Below, piece after piece: positions 7,962 to 16,519 of a stretch of DNA of 44,405 nucleotides. Where the stretch lies: the NCBI GenBank assembly GCA_015490475.1, contig WFXT01000095.1, positions 1 to 44,405 on the forward strand. Reading direction: 5' to 3'. Numbering within the stretch: the stretch's first letter is position 1; each line of letters opens with the position of its first letter. Source of the DNA: Bacteroidota bacterium. Lineage in GTDB: Bacteria; Bacteroidota; Bacteroidia; JAADEI01. The notes under the pieces are model-generated. The model was not told where the DNA came from, did no database searches, and saw only the letters and a program-made list of their open reading frames with translations. Both the position numbers and the translations under genes were made by a program.

Positions 7962-9296
7962 ATGTTCATACATCCTGTAATTCTGGAACACAAGGGAAGG
8001 ATATCGTGGGTTGTGGGACACAACGGAACATCAATAGTAATTAATCCTTTCAGAGATGTTGATGTGTATTTCTCTATTGCCAATGAAAGACACATGCCCA
8101 TAAGATATTGCCTTATGACACATATAGACGATGAGGTAGTGTTGGGATGCAGTGAAATGGCACGTAAAGGCATCAGAGTGTTCCTTCCAGACGATTGGCA
8201 CATAGAATTTCCTCATATAATTCCAGAGATCCCTATTCGCTGGCATGAATTCTCCATCAAAGGAATTGAGCTTCCAGTTTCAGTTTATGAGCGGGAAGGA
8301 CTATGGGAGTGGTACCTTGGCGATGACTTAAAAATGTTAGCGGCAGGACCGACTATAAGTATTGGAGGCATTCCCGAAATAGCCTCATCATCAACATCGT
8401 CTCTGAAAAAGAAACTTCATAAGGTCTTTGATTTCTTTCAGGAATTAAGAAACAAGTATATGCCTGACACCATTGTTCTGCCTTCTGCTTTCCATTCTTC
8501 GATATTAGAAGGAGAGTTTAAATTACCTTACAAGTTTGCATATTGGCTGGATGATATAGAAGAAGTGAAAGATTATGTGGAAACAGACCCATGGTATTTT
8601 TATAAGCCCGAATCAGGATGGCACAAAATCAGAAAGGAAAAAAACAAGATAGAACTGCCGAACCTTGACGAGGTTATAAAACCTTTGACAAAAGAAATTG
8701 AAGAAATACCCGAAAATGTTGTGGTTCTTGACATTAGAAGTGTTGATGATATTGAATATGGATTTATACCGCAGTCCAATTACCTGCCAACTAATCTTTT
8801 AGAGGAATATGCAGAAAAACTCGTTCCCCCGGGGGCACCAGTAGTTCTTGTCGGAAATGAACACGAAGCGATTAAAACAGGAATCAGACTTGCCAGACTG
8901 GGCATAGATAAATTCGTTGGAAGAATTGACTTCATGAAATGGCGTAATTCCCATGAATTTGATATGATTATCCCTATTCAGGGCGATGAATTTGAATGGG
9001 ACTTTCAATTTGATGACACGTTCTTTCTGGTTGATGTTCGCCCTGAACACATAGTGAATGAAACCGGGATAATTAGCAGTGCAGAAAACATTCCTTTTGA
9101 GGAGTTAATTGGTTTAAACTACAGATTTAAAGAAGGAGACAAAGTATATGTGTATGGCAGGGACGCAGGAGAAGCAATCATGGGAGCAATTATCCTGAAG
9201 AGAAAAGGAGCACCAATAGTAAGGGCAATCGTAGAATCCTTTGAATCACTTATGGAAAGGGACATCCCGGTCTATAGGATAATTAACCTTAATTAA
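7962..9296 (+). CDS. MBL-fold-like protein fused to two rhodanese-like domains, with apparently degenerate catalytic motifs
   Basis: The architecture resembles persulfide-dioxygenase/rhodanese fusions. The N-terminal ~240 aa carry THIDDEV where HxHxDH is expected. Two rhodanese-like modules follow (VVVLDIRSVDDIEYGFIPQS...VVLVGNEHEA and FFLVDVRPEHIVNETGIISSAENIP...VYVYGRDAGEA). The tracked ORF starts at a TTG at 7941. The ATG at 7962 is preferred. Confidence 0.5.
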   Translation: MFIHPVILEHKGRISWVVGHNGTSIVINPFRDVDVYFSIANERHMPIRYCLMTHIDDEVVLGCSEMARKGIRVFLPDDWHIEFPHIIPEIPIRWHEFSIKGIELPVSVYEREGLWEWYLGDDLKMLAAGPTISIGGIPEIASSSTSSLKKKLHKVFDFFQELRNKYMPDTIVLPSAFHSSILEGEFKLPYKFAYWLDDIEEVKDYVETDPWYFYKPESGWHKIRKEKNKIELPNLDEVIKPLTKEIEEIPENVVVLDIRSVDDIEYGFIPQSNYLPTNLLEEYAEKLVPPGAPVVLVGNEHEAIKTGIRLARLGIDKFVGRIDFMKWRNSHEFDMIIPIQGDEFEWDFQFDDTFFLVDVRPEHIVNETGIISSAENIPFEELIGLNYRFKEGDKVYVYGRDAGEAIMGAIILKRKGAPIVRAIVESFESLMERDIPVYRIINLN

Positions 9297-9325
9297 AGTG
9301 CGTTGCTTTTTTTGAATTTTGCATT

Positions 9326-9333
9326 TATATTTG
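9326..9333 (+). promoter_or_regulatory. Candidate Bacteroidota -7 element (TAnnTTTG)
   Basis: TATATTTG lies in the intergenic region 86 nt upstream of the ATG at 9420. This is a motif match only. Confidence 0.3.
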
Positions 9334-9419
9334 TAATCAGACTTAGTGAGTGCTTTCTGACACTTATTCAAAATGATTTTGGTCTTAAGCAAACAGAGAA
9401 TTCATAAAGTAAAATTATC

Positions 9420-10055
9420 ATGATGATGGAAATAAAGGAAAACAAAAGTTATAGAGAGGAACAACGGCTTGGCATGACAAAAGGACTAACATATAATGTA
9501 GTCAGGGAACCCATTAAAGTGCCAGACATCGGACGAATATACACAGAACTAATAAAGAAAATTTCTCAACTGGAAGATAGAGAATTAAAAGCAAAGCTAT
9601 TACAAGCAATAACCGAAAGCATAGCACGAAGGATATTCAAACGTTCACTAAACGAAGAGGTATTGCAAAGAATATGGAGTGACATAGTTTACATTACCGA
9701 TGGAAAATTGGATGTTGAACCGCCTGTGAAGGTATTATCGCCAGAGGAAAGAATTCTTGAACCCGAATTAATACCCTATCCAGAAAAGCGTCCTCATTCA
9801 ACTTTCGGACATTACATAACTGCTTTTATTGACATAGCCAAATACATTGAGGACAAGCAATTGAGAGATTTGCTCGCTAAATATCTGGCTGCTTACATGA
9901 AATTTGTTATGAGGAAGTGGCATAAGACAGAGGTCAATAACCAATGGATCAATGAGAAATTGAAAGAGCTATCAGAAGGGATGCTTGAGATTGACATCAA
10001 CGAAGATTTGAGTTCATTGTTTAATGTGGAGCGCAAGAACAATAAAAAGCGATAA
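9420..10055 (+). CDS. DUF4290 domain-containing protein
   Basis: 211-aa ORF. The N-terminal YNVVREPIKVPDIGRIY...ISQLEDRELKAKL matches my recollection of the DUF4290 pattern (YN..RE.l..PeyGR....leDRe). It sits immediately upstream of murA, as is common in Bacteroidota. Confidence 0.6.
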   Translation: MMMEIKENKSYREEQRLGMTKGLTYNVVREPIKVPDIGRIYTELIKKISQLEDRELKAKLLQAITESIARRIFKRSLNEEVLQRIWSDIVYITDGKLDVEPPVKVLSPEERILEPELIPYPEKRPHSTFGHYITAFIDIAKYIEDKQLRDLLAKYLAAYMKFVMRKWHKTEVNNQWINEKLKELSEGMLEIDINEDLSSLFNVERKNNKKR

Positions 10056-10064
10056 TTAAGGGAT

Positions 10065-11384
10065 ATGGAAGCTTTCAGGGTTGAAGGAGGTCATCCCTTG
10101 CATGGTAAAATATCTGTTCAGGGAGCCAAGAATGAAGCATTACAAATTATTGCCGCTACCTTATTAACCGACAAGCCTGTCCTGATCAAAAACTTACCAG
10201 ACATCCTTGATATTAGAAATCAATTATTGCTTTTGGAACTGCTGGGAGCACAAGTGGAGCGTATTGACTCGCATACTGTTCGGATTACAGCATCCGATAT
10301 TGACCCGGAGAAAATGAGATTGCCCGAATTCAGACGCATAGCGCAAAAAATTCGTGGATCCGTTCTGCTTGTGGGACCTATGGTTGCCCGATATGGTCAT
10401 GCTTTTTTACCCCGTCCGGGAGGCGATAGAATAGGAAGAAGACGTCTTGATGCTCACATTGAAGCACTTAAAACACTTGGAGTTCGTGTCACTTATGATA
10501 GGAAGGAAAATGCATTTCTCTTTGTAGCAGACAATATGAAACCTGCTTTTATTTTTCTACCCGAACCATCTGTAACGGGAACAGCCAATGCCATCATGGC
10601 TTCCGCCACACTTAATGGCCATACCACCATCTATAATGCTGCCTGTGAACCATATATACAACAACTATGCAGACTTCTTAATCAGATGGGATGCAGGATT
10701 GAAGGCATAGGGTCAAACAGACTGGAAATATATGGAAATTCCAATCTTTCAGGCGCTGAACATACCATTTTGCCCGATATGATAGAAGTGGGCAGTTTTA
10801 TAGGCATGGCTGCCCTGACAGGTTCAGACATAACAATTCAAAATGCAGGAGTTCAACATTTAGGACAGATACCCAAAACCTTTGAAAAGCTTGGCATTGA
10901 ACTTCATATTAAAGGCGACGACATTCACATTCCTGCACAGGAAATTTATGAAATTGAAACCTATCTTGACGGTTCTATCCTAACCATTAGTGATGGTCCC
11001 TGGCCCCTATTTACGCCGGATTTAATAAGTGTTGTTCTTGTAACAGCCATTCAGGCTCGCGGGTCAGTTCTCATACATCAAAAAATGTTTGAAAGCAGAC
11101 TATTCTTCATTGACAACCTGATTGATATGGGAGCCCAGATTATTCTATGTGACCCTCATAGAGCCACCGTGATAGGTCTTGAAAGAAGGGTTCCGTTGCG
11201 GGGCATCAAAATGTCTTCACCTGATATAAGGGCAGGGATAGCGCTACTAATTGCCGCCTTGTCTGCCGAAGGAACCAGTATCATTTACAATATTGACCAG
11301 ATTGACAGAGGATATGAACGAATAGATGAAAGGTTGAGAAGCCTGGGGGCACACATTGAAAGAATTTCGGTTCATGACAAGTGA
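10065..11384 (+). CDS. murA: UDP-N-acetylglucosamine 1-carboxyvinyltransferase
   Basis: 439-aa ORF with ISVQGAKNEALQIIAATLL, the active-site loop PRPGGDRIGRRRLDAHI, and EPYIQQL. It resembles EPSP-synthase-fold MurA along its whole length. Confidence 0.95.
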   Translation: MEAFRVEGGHPLHGKISVQGAKNEALQIIAATLLTDKPVLIKNLPDILDIRNQLLLLELLGAQVERIDSHTVRITASDIDPEKMRLPEFRRIAQKIRGSVLLVGPMVARYGHAFLPRPGGDRIGRRRLDAHIEALKTLGVRVTYDRKENAFLFVADNMKPAFIFLPEPSVTGTANAIMASATLNGHTTIYNAACEPYIQQLCRLLNQMGCRIEGIGSNRLEIYGNSNLSGAEHTILPDMIEVGSFIGMAALTGSDITIQNAGVQHLGQIPKTFEKLGIELHIKGDDIHIPAQEIYEIETYLDGSILTISDGPWPLFTPDLISVVLVTAIQARGSVLIHQKMFESRLFFIDNLIDMGAQIILCDPHRATVIGLERRVPLRGIKMSSPDIRAGIALLIAALSAEGTSIIYNIDQIDRGYERIDERLRSLGAHIERISVHDK

Positions 11385-13143
11385 ACAAATAATAGTTCTT
11401 GTTGCCATAATAGTCTTAATTATTGGGCTTGGGGCAGGCAGGTTTAAACCAATGCATGTCTTTCTTTTTGCCTATTCCATTGTTGTTATCGGGGGCATTC
11501 TGGATGATAATGAAGCCCTGCTTGGACTGGCAAACGTCAGTGTCATTTCCATAGCACTATTACTGATATGGTCTAACATCATCCGATATTCTGCAATGTT
11601 GCACACACTATTTAAGAAACTACTACCAGATAATCTTTCCTATGGAGGCTACATAGCAAGAATAACCTCATACCTGGGGACCCTTTCTGGAATAATGAAC
11701 AACACCCCTCTGGTTGCAATGGTAATTCCCTATGTTGTTCAATGGTCTCGTCGTCGTGGAATACCACCCTCAAGAATCTTGATTCCACTATCCTATATAA
11801 CTATTGCGGGAGGCACCCTTACACTTCTTGGCACATCTTCCCATTTGGTAATAAATGGTTATGTTACTAAACTGGGCTATCCAGACATTAGTATCACTGC
11901 CCTGCTTCCCGTTGGGATTGTTGTCCTCACAATAACAGGCTTGTATTTCTGGGCGGTAGGCTGGAGGTTATTGCCATCGCGCAGAGATTTGAGTCAGGAA
12001 TCTATTGAACAAAGCAGGGAGTACATGGCGGAAGCGCGTGTACGACCGGATTCACCGCTTGTGGGACAAACTGTTGGCAAGGCACACCTTCGCCAGTTGA
12101 AAGGCTTATTTTTGGTAGCCATTGAGAGGGATGGAGAGTTAATAGTTCCTGTTAAGCGATCTGAAGAAATTCAGGCAAATGATATTCTTCTTTTCACTGG
12201 TCGTCCTGAGACCATAATAGACCTTATTCAGTCACGACCCGGACTGGAATTGCCACAACAACACAAACTGAGAAGCCTTCCAAGACACGAAATAGTAGAA
12301 GCAGTGGTTCCCATAAACTCAACCCTTGTTAGGCAAAGGGTTAAAGACACTAACTTCAGAAGCAAGTATGACGCTGCTATCATTGCTGTCCACAGGCAAG
12401 GAGAAAGACTACACAAAAAAATTGGAGATATTGTTTTGCAGCCGGGAGATATGCTACTGCTCATGGTTGGAGGGGATTTCTGGAACCGAGTAAATGAAGA
12501 CAATAACATCTACGTGGTCGGTAAAGTTGGCGAAGTCATTCAATACAGAGGCTGGAGGGACATCTTGATAGTGGGAGGCAGTGCAATAGCCCTATTGCTT
12601 GCTATGTTAAAACTTGTTCCATTATTTCATGCTCTTGTAACATTGCTCGCTGGACTATTATTATTCAGGATTATTAAGCTTCAGGATTTAAGTTCACGAC
12701 TGGACTGGAATCTACTACTAATATGCGCTATGGCAATACCAATAGGCTTCGCTGTCAAGAAGGTTGGCCTTGCTGATAAAATAGTGGAATCGTATTTGGC
12801 ATTACTGGGCGAAGCCCCCCTCTGGTTGGTCCTTTTTGCCTTCTACGTGCTCTCTAACCTGATAACAGAAATAATGTTCAACGTAGGGGCGGCAGCAATA
12901 GTAGCACCACTGGCTGTCTCTTTAGCTACACACCTTAACGTTCCTATTGTCCCTGTGGTTTTAACTGCCATGTTTGCTGTTGCACTTAGTGTTCTGACAC
13001 CATATGGTTATCAGGTAAACCTTATGGTTATGGGTCCTGGTAATTACAGACTGAAGGATTATGTAAGAGTGGGTTTGCCTTTAGCAATAACATATTCAAT
13101 AATTGTTCCCGGTTTAATCTGGGCAATTTACTTTGCTAAATGA
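11374..13143 (+). CDS. SLC13/DASS family anion permease with two central TrkA-C (RCK-C) domains; probable sulfate transporter by context
   Basis: Multi-pass hydrophobic N- and C-terminal halves flank two TrkA-C-like modules (ARVRPDSPLVGQTVGKAHLRQLKGLFLVAIERDGELIVP... and AVVPINSTLVRQRVKDTNFRSKYDAAIIAVHRQGERL...). It lies directly upstream of cysC-sat-cysQ. The ATG at 11374 is preferred over the TTG at 11356 and overlaps murA by 11 nt. Confidence 0.8.
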   Translation: MTSEQIIVLVAIIVLIIGLGAGRFKPMHVFLFAYSIVVIGGILDDNEALLGLANVSVISIALLLIWSNIIRYSAMLHTLFKKLLPDNLSYGGYIARITSYLGTLSGIMNNTPLVAMVIPYVVQWSRRRGIPPSRILIPLSYITIAGGTLTLLGTSSHLVINGYVTKLGYPDISITALLPVGIVVLTITGLYFWAVGWRLLPSRRDLSQESIEQSREYMAEARVRPDSPLVGQTVGKAHLRQLKGLFLVAIERDGELIVPVKRSEEIQANDILLFTGRPETIIDLIQSRPGLELPQQHKLRSLPRHEIVEAVVPINSTLVRQRVKDTNFRSKYDAAIIAVHRQGERLHKKIGDIVLQPGDMLLLMVGGDFWNRVNEDNNIYVVGKVGEVIQYRGWRDILIVGGSAIALLLAMLKLVPLFHALVTLLAGLLLFRIIKLQDLSSRLDWNLLLICAMAIPIGFAVKKVGLADKIVESYLALLGEAPLWLVLFAFYVLSNLITEIMFNVGAAAIVAPLAVSLATHLNVPIVPVVLTAMFAVALSVLTPYGYQVNLMVMGPGNYRLKDYVRVGLPLAITYSIIVPGLIWAIYFAK

Positions 13144-13244
13144 ACTAAATGACCGAACTTTGCATTAATGGAATTGTAACGTTAGAAAATGCTACCGGTA
13201 AAAGATGTGGAATGATTAACTAACACAGGAAAAGGGAAGAATAT

Positions 13245-13865
13245 ATGGGAGGAGAAGTAAGAATTATTGTTCCACACAAGCACAAGATAACCAAGCAGGA
13301 CAGAGCAAAGAGGTATAATCAAAGACCTGCTATTGTGTGGTTCACCGGACTGTCTGGTTCAGGAAAAAGCACTCTTGCCAGTCGTGTGGAAGAAATTTTG
13401 TTTCATCAGTATAATGCTAAAACTTACATTCTTGATGGAGACAATATCCGTTCTGGTTTGAACAAGGACCTTGGGTTTTCTGCAGAAGATAGACAGGAGA
13501 ATATACGCAGGATAGGAGAAGTTGCTAAATTATTTGTTGATGCTGGTTTAATTGTTTTAACCGCATTTATATCACCATATAGGAAAGACAGGGAAATGGT
13601 TCGCAATCTGGTAGATGATGGAGAATTCATAGAGGTCTATGTTAGATGTCCCCTTGAAGTGTGTGAACAAAGAGACGTCAAAGGTCTCTACAAAAAGGCA
13701 AGAGCTGGAATAATCAAGAACTTCACAGGTATTGATGACCCATATGAAGAACCTGAAAATCCAGAGATAATCGTGGACACGCATTTACTATCTGTTGATG
13801 AGTCAGCACAGAAAATCATACAATATCTTGTGGACCACGGCTATGTTAAACCTCAAAAACAATAA
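13245..13865 (+). CDS. cysC: Adenylyl-sulfate (APS) kinase
   Basis: Motifs are [15 protein letters not shown] (P-loop), [31 protein letters not shown] and FISPYR. Confidence 0.95.
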   Translation: MGGEVRIIVPHKHKITKQDRAKRYNQRPAIVWFTGLSGSGKSTLASRVEEILFHQYNAKTYILDGDNIRSGLNKDLGFSAEDRQENIRRIGEVAKLFVDAGLIVLTAFISPYRKDREMVRNLVDDGEFIEVYVRCPLEVCEQRDVKGLYKKARAGIIKNFTGIDDPYEEPENPEIIVDTHLLSVDESAQKIIQYLVDHGYVKPQKQ

Positions 13866-13953
13866 GAATCCATTTACACAAAATGAATTCTGGTCAAATC
13901 ATGCTTTCTGGTCATTCTTTGTGTTTTCTAAACTTCAATAAATCCTGACTGCT

Positions 13954-15126
13954 ATGATAGAACCACATGGAGGCAAATTAATCTGGCTGGTTGACAAATC
14001 AGAAGAGGCAATACAAAAAGCAAAATCGCTACCATCAATCACCATAGCCCCCAGGCACGCCATTGATGCAGAAATGATAGCCACTGGAGTGTTCAGTCCA
14101 CTGACAGGTTTTATGACTAAAGAAGAGGTTGATGCAGTTGTCAGTTCAATGCATTTACCAACTGGAGAGGTATGGAGTATACCTATTATGCTACCTGTGA
14201 GCGTAGACCTATGGAACGAAATACAAGAAGGCAAAGAATATGCCCTGACAGTTATGGGAGAACCAATAGCAATTATAAAGGTTACAGACAAATTCCAATA
14301 TGACTTAAACTATCTGGTCAGAGAAGTTTTCTTGACAGATGACGAGAATCATCCCGGCGTTCAGACTGTATATAAATATGGCAAGTTTTTTATTGCAGGA
14401 CCAATTACTCTTGTTCAGTCTTTTGTCACAGCACCTTTCAGACCCAACAAACCACAAATTAACGAGTCATATTATATGACGCCACAAGAAACAAGGAAAT
14501 ATTTTGAAAGTAAGGGCTGGAAAACAATTGTTGCCTTCCAAACACGGAACCCTATTCACCGAGCTCATGAATACTTAATCAAATGTGCCCTTGAAATGGC
14601 TGATGGCTCTCTAATTCATCCATTAGTGGGAGAAACCAAGAAAGATGATATTCCTGCCGATGTGAGAATGCGCTGCTATGAAGTTTTAATTGAAAACTAT
14701 TTTAACAAGGAGAGAGTTCTTCTAAGTGTCCTGCCTGCGAATATGTTTTATGCTGGTCCTCGTGAAGCCATTCACCACATGATAATGCGTAAGAATTACG
14801 GCTGCTCACACATGATTATAGGTAGAGACCACGCTGGAGTAGGCAATTATTATGGCACCTACGATGCACAGAAGCTGGCTGACCAATTCGCTGAGGAATT
14901 GGGCATTCAACCACTAAAATTTGAACATGCCTTCTACTGCAAGAAATGTAAAGGGATGGCGACAGCAAAGACATGCCCGCATCCTGCCGAAGACCACGTG
15001 TTTCTTAGCGGAACAAAAGTCAGACAAATGTTAAGAGAAGGAAAGGACCTTCCTGAAGAGTTCACACGACCAGAAGTTGCCACAGTCCTTAAACAATGGA
15101 TTAAATCCCCTACTATAACCGCATAA
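13954..15126 (+). CDS. sat: Sulfate adenylyltransferase (single-chain ATP sulfurylase)
   Basis: 390-aa ORF with FQTRNPIHRAHE, GRDHAGVG and a PUA-like N-terminal region. It is the Sat type rather than CysD/CysN. Confidence 0.95.
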   Translation: MIEPHGGKLIWLVDKSEEAIQKAKSLPSITIAPRHAIDAEMIATGVFSPLTGFMTKEEVDAVVSSMHLPTGEVWSIPIMLPVSVDLWNEIQEGKEYALTVMGEPIAIIKVTDKFQYDLNYLVREVFLTDDENHPGVQTVYKYGKFFIAGPITLVQSFVTAPFRPNKPQINESYYMTPQETRKYFESKGWKTIVAFQTRNPIHRAHEYLIKCALEMADGSLIHPLVGETKKDDIPADVRMRCYEVLIENYFNKERVLLSVLPANMFYAGPREAIHHMIMRKNYGCSHMIIGRDHAGVGNYYGTYDAQKLADQFAEELGIQPLKFEHAFYCKKCKGMATAKTCPHPAEDHVFLSGTKVRQMLREGKDLPEEFTRPEVATVLKQWIKSPTITA

Positions 15127-15159
15127 AACCTAACTGTTCAACATTCAAATCCCCAACAC

Positions 15160-16032
15160 ATGGAAAAAGAAAAACTGATTTTGAAAGGGATTGAAGCAGC
15201 ACTGAAAGCAGGAGATGAAATAAGGAAAGTATATGAGCGTCCGATTCACGCGATAAAAAAGAAGGACTTTTCACCCCTTACAGAAGCTGACATTAATTCG
15301 GACAAAGTTATCAGAGAAACACTTAAGTCCACAAGAATTTCTGTTATTTCAGAGGAAAACGTTCCCCCACCATCCAAGCGCAAAGGAAAAAAGAGATTTT
15401 GGCTCGTTGACCCACTGGACGGCACAAGAGAATTTGTAGAAAGAAATGGTCAATTTTGTGTTAGCATTGCCTTAGTGGAAGAAGGAAATCCTGTCATTGG
15501 GATTATTTACGCGCCGGCTACAGACACACTTTATGTTGCAACTACCGAAGACAAGCCATTCAAGGTTCAGGGTGCTGGCTATGTCAGAGGCTATATTACT
15601 TCATACGATGAATGGAAAGAACACGGAGAAGAACTTAAACAATATGTTCCAGACGAGGAAGAACCTCTGAGAGTTATCGCCAGTGCTCACCACCTCAACG
15701 AAGAAACCCAACAGTTCATATATCTACTTGAACGAGTGTTCGGAGAAGTGGAACTGACTCAGAAAGGTAGCGCGTTGAAATTCATTGCAATAGCCACTGG
15801 AGAAGCAGACGTCTATCCACGGATAGCACCCATTAACGAGTGGGATATTGCAGCGGGCGTATTGTTCGTGAAAAGAATGGGCGGTTCCGTTGTCAAGTTT
15901 CCGTCAGGAAAAGAAATTACATTCGGTAGTGATGAGTTAAAGGCACCACCATTTGTAGCATGGGCTTCAGATTCCTTGAGGAAACAATTTGAGCAAGAAC
16001 TCAAAGAACAGAACATAGCCCTTACTGAATGA
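15160..16032 (+). CDS. cysQ: 3'(2'),5'-bisphosphate nucleotidase (inositol monophosphatase superfamily)
   Basis: Motifs are SEEN, WLVDPLDGTREF and NEWDIAAG. It sits immediately after cysC-sat. Confidence 0.8.
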   Translation: MEKEKLILKGIEAALKAGDEIRKVYERPIHAIKKKDFSPLTEADINSDKVIRETLKSTRISVISEENVPPPSKRKGKKRFWLVDPLDGTREFVERNGQFCVSIALVEEGNPVIGIIYAPATDTLYVATTEDKPFKVQGAGYVRGYITSYDEWKEHGEELKQYVPDEEEPLRVIASAHHLNEETQQFIYLLERVFGEVELTQKGSALKFIAIATGEADVYPRIAPINEWDIAAGVLFVKRMGGSVVKFPSGKEITFGSDELKAPPFVAWASDSLRKQFEQELKEQNIALTE

Positions 16033-16469
16033 AGTCCTTTGGCAAATTCTCACTGAGAGTAAAGGAAGAAGACGGTAAGAAATACATTTGGGACCCTGTA
16101 AGGAAAATTTGGCTTACTGCTTTTCCGGAAGAATATGTTCGTCAACATGTCATTGCATTTTTAATTAATGAATTACAAGTTCCTGCAATATACATAGCAT
16201 CCGAATGGAAGATAAACAGAGGATTGCGAGCCGACGTAGTAGTATTCGGAATAGATTTAAAACCCAAGTTGATTGTTGAATGCAAAGCCCCTGATAGAAA
16301 AATAAATCCTGCCAATTGGATTCAAATCTTTGAGTACATAGAGAATTTAAGACCTAACTACTTGTGGCTGACTAATGGGAAAGAACACTGGCTGGCAAGA
16401 TTTAACTATGACTCAGAAAGATGGGAACAGATTGAAAAGCTACCCGCATGGAATGACTTAAAGCGTTAG
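16029..16469 (+). CDS. HsdR N-terminal-like (PD-(D/E)xK fold) domain protein of unknown function
   Basis: 146-aa ORF. IWDPVRKIWLTAFPEEYVRQHVIAFL...ADVVVFGIDLKPKLIVECKAP matches the standalone HSDR_N-like family common in Bacteroidota, with a D...E-x-K nuclease-like core. Its start overlaps the cysQ stop (ATGA). Confidence 0.6.
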   Translation: MKSFGKFSLRVKEEDGKKYIWDPVRKIWLTAFPEEYVRQHVIAFLINELQVPAIYIASEWKINRGLRADVVVFGIDLKPKLIVECKAPDRKINPANWIQIFEYIENLRPNYLWLTNGKEHWLARFNYDSERWEQIEKLPAWNDLKR

Positions 16470-16489
16470 GGACTTTGCGTTTTCTTACT

Positions 16490-16497
16490 TATCTTTG
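16490..16497 (+). promoter_or_regulatory. Candidate Bacteroidota -7 element (TAnnTTTG)
   Basis: TATCTTTG lies 23 nt upstream of the ATG at 16520. A TTTG at 16474-16477 could be a -33 element, but its spacing is shorter than usual. Confidence 0.3.
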
Positions 16498-16519
16498 CCT
16501 GTAACAAAACAGGTGAGTT

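Noticed and set aside
7902-8021. 40-codon N-terminal extension of the folC ORF, and the 89-aa ORF 7934-8203 on the minus strand
   Set aside because: The FolC homology I recognise starts at MNYQEAVQWLY (ATG at 7901). The extension would remove the divergent promoter space shared with the 7962 gene. The 89-aa ORF is antisense to that gene and has no recognisable features.
9281-9318. AT-only palindrome TTAATTAACCTTAATTAA followed by GCGTTGC and a T7 run, as a terminator after the 7962-9296 gene
   Set aside because: The stems are either all A/T or only 2 bp of G/C. The T-run alone is not adequate evidence.
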